A DNA stretch of 64,000 nucleotides, taken from the IMG/VR virus record IMGVR_UViG_3300023278_002893, positions 124,001 through 188,000 of that record; one strand, given 5' to 3'. A model generated the notes under the pieces. The model was not told where the DNA came from. It worked only from the letters and a program-made list of their open reading frames with translations, and ran no database searches. How positions within the stretch are numbered: the stretch's first letter is position 1; each line of letters starts with the position of its first letter. Below, in pieces: positions 60,079 to 64,000 of the stretch. The translations under genes and the position numbers were made by a program.

Positions 60079-60125
60079 CATTGTTTATCTAATCCCTACC
60101 TACCGCGGGTCCCCTTATTACTTGC

Positions 60126-60168
60126 TCCCAAAAGGAGAAAGACGCTTACGCGCCTCCCCCCTAAGGGA
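60126..60168 (-). terminator. Intrinsic terminator/stabilising hairpin after the major capsid gene
   Basis: ggggggaggcgc-GTAA-gcgtctttctcc followed by tttt; GNRA tetraloop. Confidence 0.7.
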
Positions 60169-60180
60169 TTAACGCGATGA

Positions 60181-61248
60181 TTAACTTCGGTCAATAACAC
60201 CAAGCTGGGTCATTCGAGAGTCGAGAAGGGCGAACCCTACCTCTTCCCATCCGAAGAATCCCTGCTTCTGCTGTCGAAGCAAGCTCGGGTCATCGTGCGC
60301 CTCGAACTCCTTTCGTACAGGCATAACAAGCGAATCATTAACGGAGAGATCAAATCCATAGACCTGGGTCTCACCTGCAGTGGTAACGTTTCCGTTAGCA
60401 TCCACGGTGTTAATGTTCGTTGGGGTGTAATCATTGAAGTCGCCGGAACCATCTACCTGGAAGATACCATAAGAAGCGCCGTTCTGGTTGATGTTGAATC
60501 GACCAGTAGCACCAAGCTGGAATACCTCATGTAGATTTACGTTCCAGATTCGACCCATACCAGCAGCCGTGAAAATCTCTCGGCGGGTGATCGGATCAAC
60601 CTGAGTATCGGTCCACTCACGAATGTCAGCGGCGTCCTCAGGGGAAATGTATAGGTCAGTAAGGGAGCGTCGAACTCTCTTCATTCCTACCATCATCAGG
60701 TTCAGGAGCTCCTTCGAGAGGAACTTCTCACCGGTAGATCCGGAGGGAACCTGGAAAACAGGAGCATTGCGAGCGCCAAGGAGACCCTGGCCTGCGAAGT
60801 CAGTAGTAGCACCGGGGACAATTACTCGCCATCCGGACTCCTCTTCGTAGTCTGCAATAGATCGTGCTGCGTTTCGAGCTGCTCGCTCGGGGATATCAAT
60901 GCGTGAGTCGCGTGCGTAGGTTACCTTCCAATCCGCAGATACTGCGATGGAGAAAGTAGGTACGTACACTTCCTCACCAACACCCTCAACGAAGTTCTGT
61001 GCGATATATCCGAGTCCCGGAAGTACGAATACCGGAACGTCGAAGTCGTCAGCAACTGGATATACAGCCTGTGCGCCTGGCGCCAATCGCTCAACAGCAA
61101 AGAGCTGTCGCATGATGGACGCGTCTCGAATCTCCTGGAGAATCGGGACAGTAAGAGCCTGCGCAAAGGCTTTGTATGCTTCAACACCCTCGGGAGTGTC
61201 GATAGCTGCAGTTGCTTGGAACATTTCCTGTAGCTTTGTTCTATCCAT
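60181..61248 (-). CDS. Major capsid protein (HK97-fold expected, 355 aa)
   Basis: Follows scaffold and decoration genes; AFAQALTVPILQEIRDASIMRQLFAVE, LYISPEDAADIREW, GFFGWEEVGFALLD; downstream terminator. Confidence 0.85.
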   Translation of the reverse strand: MDRTKLQEMFQATAAIDTPEGVEAYKAFAQALTVPILQEIRDASIMRQLFAVERLAPGAQAVYPVADDFDVPVFVLPGLGYIAQNFVEGVGEEVYVPTFSIAVSADWKVTYARDSRIDIPERAARNAARSIADYEEESGWRVIVPGATTDFAGQGLLGARNAPVFQVPSGSTGEKFLSKELLNLMMVGMKRVRRSLTDLYISPEDAADIREWTDTQVDPITRREIFTAAGMGRIWNVNLHEVFQLGATGRFNINQNGASYGIFQVDGSGDFNDYTPTNINTVDANGNVTTAGETQVYGFDLSVNDSLVMPVRKEFEAHDDPSLLRQQKQGFFGWEEVGFALLDSRMTQLGVIDRS

Positions 61249-61267
61249 GATAGAAACCTCCTTTGGG

Positions 61268-61774
61268 TTAGATTAGTAGTTTAATCCTGAGAGACGATCC
61301 TGCCGCTACAGCAGTCGCATCCAGGGTATTTTGGGCAACAGCAACAACGTTCTGCGTGGCAATGTTAATGCCATTCTTTGAATCAAAATCGACGGCGTCG
61401 CCATCGTCGGCAGGAATAACCCTACCAGCCTCGGTAACACCTAAAAGGTCACCGAACGCGTAAGTTGCTGATGTATCATAAAAAGTAGTATCATACAGAC
61501 CAAGGTGAGCGACGGCAACCGGATCACCGGTAAACGCGTCAGAACTGCCCAGATCACCAGGGAGTCGAAAACCCGTGGGGTGAGCCGAAGACTCAGCCTT
61601 CACGTTCTGCATGAGGAAACCATAAGGGTACGTATCGCTACCACTAACCACCATTACTTTTTCACTGGCGGATAGGGAAACAACAGCACCTGCGGTCGCA
61701 GTAGCATTTCCATTGGTCGAGTCGTGCACCAGGAACTGGTTCTGCGAAACTGGGTCGCGTGGAATGAATACCAT
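61268..61774 (-). CDS. Capsid decoration/cement protein (168 aa)
   Basis: Immediately upstream of MCP; AGAVVSL...PYGFLMQNV...GLYDTTFYD...YAFGDLL. Confidence 0.65.
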   Translation of the reverse strand: MVFIPRDPVSQNQFLVHDSTNGNATATAGAVVSLSASEKVMVVSGSDTYPYGFLMQNVKAESSAHPTGFRLPGDLGSSDAFTGDPVAVAHLGLYDTTFYDTSATYAFGDLLGVTEAGRVIPADDGDAVDFDSKNGINIATQNVVAVAQNTLDATAVAAGSSLRIKLLI

Positions 61775-61788
61775 GTTTCATTTCCTCC

Positions 61789-62670
61789 TTATTCGGATTT
61801 ATTTTCGTTACGCGCTGCGTAACGATCCTCCCATGCTTGGGCAAGCTCATTCTTTAATGTGGGGTTAGCCACAATTTCCTGATCCACAGACTTGGCAATT
61901 GCTTCGCCGAGAGAAAGCTTCTTAGAAGCAACTTCCTTAAGAGGCGCCTCTTCCTTCACAACTGCCTCTTCGGCATCAGCGTTCGCTTCCTCAGCAACTT
62001 CAGAAGCTGACGGGACTCGCCGCTCTCGGGTGACTTGCGCCATCTTCTGAGCAACATCGCGTACCATAGATACACACTTTTCGTCTTTCGGATCACAACC
62101 AAGGCTTTCTGCGATAGAAGCAACTTCCTTCTCATCGAGTTCTGCCTCGGTATCTTCTCCTGCTTCTTCGGAAGAGGATGCGTACTTAGTCTTAAGAGCC
62201 ACAAGTTCACTCTTGTACGCTTCAAAAGATTCGTCATCAAAACTTCGAACCTTAGCATACTGACGCTCGGCCTCGTCACCCTCAAGGGCAACACCTGCGT
62301 CTTCCAGGTCGGACATACGTCCGGCGGCAGTTTCCTCACGAGCGAGCGTCTCCAAAGCGGCCTCGGCCACCTCGGCTCGGCGAGATAGTGTTTCAATCTG
62401 CGCCTCAAGTTCAACGGTTCTCTCATTAGCTGCAACCTCTGCCTCAGATGGGGCAGTGGTGTCCAGCTGCGCAAGAGCTTCCTCGTACTCGGCAATCTTA
62501 GCGTCCTTCGCCTCAAGGGCCGCTCGTAGCTTCGCAAAAGTATCTCGTGCTTCAGTGAGAGCTTCCTCGGCTGCGGTTCGTGCGTGTGCCTCTTCGCGAG
62601 AAGATAGCACCTCATCGACCTTAGCCTGGACAGCATTGTTGAACTCTTCAGGAGTCATTTCCTTTGTCAT
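61789..62670 (-). CDS. Capsid scaffolding protein (293 aa)
   Basis: Acidic Ala/Glu-rich coiled coil upstream of decoration and MCP genes; strong SD. Confidence 0.7.
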   Translation of the reverse strand: MTKEMTPEEFNNAVQAKVDEVLSSREEAHARTAAEEALTEARDTFAKLRAALEAKDAKIAEYEEALAQLDTTAPSEAEVAANERTVELEAQIETLSRRAEVAEAALETLAREETAAGRMSDLEDAGVALEGDEAERQYAKVRSFDDESFEAYKSELVALKTKYASSSEEAGEDTEAELDEKEVASIAESLGCDPKDEKCVSMVRDVAQKMAQVTRERRVPSASEVAEEANADAEEAVVKEEAPLKEVASKKLSLGEAIAKSVDQEIVANPTLKNELAQAWEDRYAARNENKSE

Positions 62671-62926
62671 GGTCGCTCTTCCTCCTTTAATAGAGTTTAT
62701 ATTGGCTTTGAAGTTTCGTCCCCCAACGTAACTTGTTATCTGCCGTGGCGTGCGCTTTGTGTCACGCTTCCTCTCATCTACTCCGTATCCTATTCCTTGG
62801 TTTTAATCCAGTAAACCAATTACTTAATACCTAATACCTAGTGTCTTCGAAGACAATCTAGAAACCGTGTCAAACACGGCCTTGTGGTAACAGAGGCGCA
62901 CCCCTGTTACCGAATACTTGTGGTAA

Positions 62927-63451
62927 TTAACTAGGTAAATCCATTCCCAATAACTTAATAGAAATACTATCAGCGCTGGTTCCTGAAGAGAGAACTGTAG
63001 TAGTACTTCCAAACTTGAAACTGATCGATACAATATTGTTTGTTGCGTCAGTATAAGCCTGGTTAAGAATCAAAGTAGAATCTGCCACATTATTACCATC
63101 GGTTCCACAGGCCACAAACTGTCCCCTGTAGGTCTTTTTAGCACCCGCAGAGCCGACCGACTCAAGGCCACCCGAAAAGTCCACCGCACTACCATCAACA
63201 GGCAACTCCACACAATTAATACCATCAAAATCAGAGGTGCTGTCCATAAGTCTGTAATTAGATTTAGTGTCGTCTAGATTATACTGAGCGATGATAGAAC
63301 CTCTACCGGAACCCTCGGTTGCAATCTTCACTTCCTTACCCTTGACAACAAGTTTAAGCATGTCGTGGGCAGTGTATCCCGAAACCGTAACTTCGTTCGT
63401 CGAGGTCAAAGATCCCTCTGTACTAGCTAGAACTTCCCATTCTCCTACCAT
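62927..63451 (-). CDS. Hypothetical, probably virion-associated beta protein (174 aa)
   Basis: SD AGGAGG; WEVLAS...TVSG...ITSI-like (IVSISF) pattern. Confidence 0.65.
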   Translation of the reverse strand: MVGEWEVLASTEGSLTSTNEVTVSGYTAHDMLKLVVKGKEVKIATEGSGRGSIIAQYNLDDTKSNYRLMDSTSDFDGINCVELPVDGSAVDFSGGLESVGSAGAKKTYRGQFVACGTDGNNVADSTLILNQAYTDATNNIVSISFKFGSTTTVLSSGTSADSISIKLLGMDLPS

Positions 63452-63596
63452 ACGTAATACCTCCTTTTAGTTTATTTTTTATTAAATAAACAAAGAAAGT
63501 AAAACGGCCCCTATAGGGTGGGGCCCGGCCCTAATAAATATTACGACGCTCATAACTTCAAAGTGTGGTTATTTGAACTATTTAATAACTAAATGG

Positions 63597-63797
63597 TTAA
63601 GGTAACAGAACCGCTATACCACTAGTAACCACATCTACATACACACCACCAACAGGTACACCACTCGCAGTAGCATCGAGAGGACCATTAGCAGTTAAAA
63701 GACCGTTAAATGCAAGTGCTAATCCAAGTTTACCATCATCTCGGTACAGCTGTCCCACAGGGGTTACTGTAACGTTCTGCTGATCTGGCTTTGCCAT
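63597..63797 (-). CDS. Small hypothetical virion protein (66 aa)
   Basis: SD AGGAGG; ATASGVPVGGVYVD motif. Confidence 0.6.
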   Translation of the reverse strand: MAKPDQQNVTVTPVGQLYRDDGKLGLALAFNGLLTANGPLDATASGVPVGGVYVDVVTSGIAVLLP

Positions 63798-63809
63798 AAC
63801 CTTCCTCCT

Positions 63810-64000
63810 TTATTCAGACTTTCTTGTAAAAATCAGCTGATCTTTTGTTATTTTAAATTCACCAATACTCGCTACAGCCTTCGATAAGAAGACAATAGTA
63901 TCTTGCCTATTAAGAAGCTCAACGGCTTGCTCAACGGCACGTTCCCGATCATCGCCGGCATCCACTATAGTAGGGCCAGATCCGACGAGTAAAAGAAAAC
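63810..64000 (-). CDS. 3' end of a gene entering from the right edge
   Basis: Open frame ...FLLLVGSGPTIVDAGDDRERAVEQAVELLNRQDTIVFLSKAVASIGEFKITKDQLIFTRKSE* ending next to the SD of the 66-aa gene. Confidence 0.6.
   Translation of the reverse strand, partial: FLLLVGSGPTIVDAGDDRERAVEQAVELLNRQDTIVFLSKAVASIGEFKITKDQLIFTRKSE

Noticed and set aside
61956-62636. 226-aa alternative-frame ORF inside the scaffold gene
   Set aside because: Arg/Leu-rich by-product of Glu/Ala codon bias
418-62731. Many plus-strand ORFs in the track (e.g. 36498..37412, 49215..49958)
   Set aside because: They are antisense shadows of long minus-strand genes, with no recognisable motifs
62700-62790. Hammerhead ribozyme (gatgag...gacgaaac)
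   Set aside because: The core would need CUGAUGA, but the sequence has UAGAUGA, and the stems do not fit
63452-63596. Short inverted repeats in the AT-rich intergenic region
   Set aside because: Could be a terminator or promoter, but the stems are short and no function can be supported
1-64000. Stop-codon recoding, CRISPR arrays, tRNA/rRNA genes, integrase or DGR
   Set aside because: All three stops end genes with dense code-11 packing; no repeat-spacer arrays, cloverleafs, recombinase or reverse transcriptase motifs were seen by eye

Overview
A 64 kb segment of a large tailed dsDNA bacteriophage, most likely a long-tailed siphovirus. It is almost entirely the virion morphogenesis region, and every credible gene is on the minus strand. 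The code is standard (TAA, TAG and TGA all act as stops), with strong AGGAGG Shine-Dalgarno sites and many TAATG/ATGA overlaps. In transcription order (right to left): scaffold, decoration protein, major capsid protein, three small paralogs, neck/head-tail proteins, a two-domain major tail tube protein, two paralogous tail assembly chaperones, and a 4554-aa tape measure protein. About 36 kb of tail-tip, Ig-like, CBM and discoidin genes follow, ending in a >2150-aa ORF that runs off the left edge and is missing from the ORF track. The main observation is that the tape measure protein carries, N-terminal to its TP901-type core, the ordered catalytic motifs of a single-chain two-barrel RNA polymerase (E631-D632, K722-x7-K730, R1306-D-P, N1402LDFDGD) followed by a zincin HExxH motif. 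This suggests a virion RNAP-protease-tape measure polyprotein. Inserted among the structural genes are five homing-endonuclease-like genes, two apparently degenerate. One of them heads a sigma70-driven cassette with an MNT-like/HEPN pair. All family assignments come from motif recognition by eye, not database searches.
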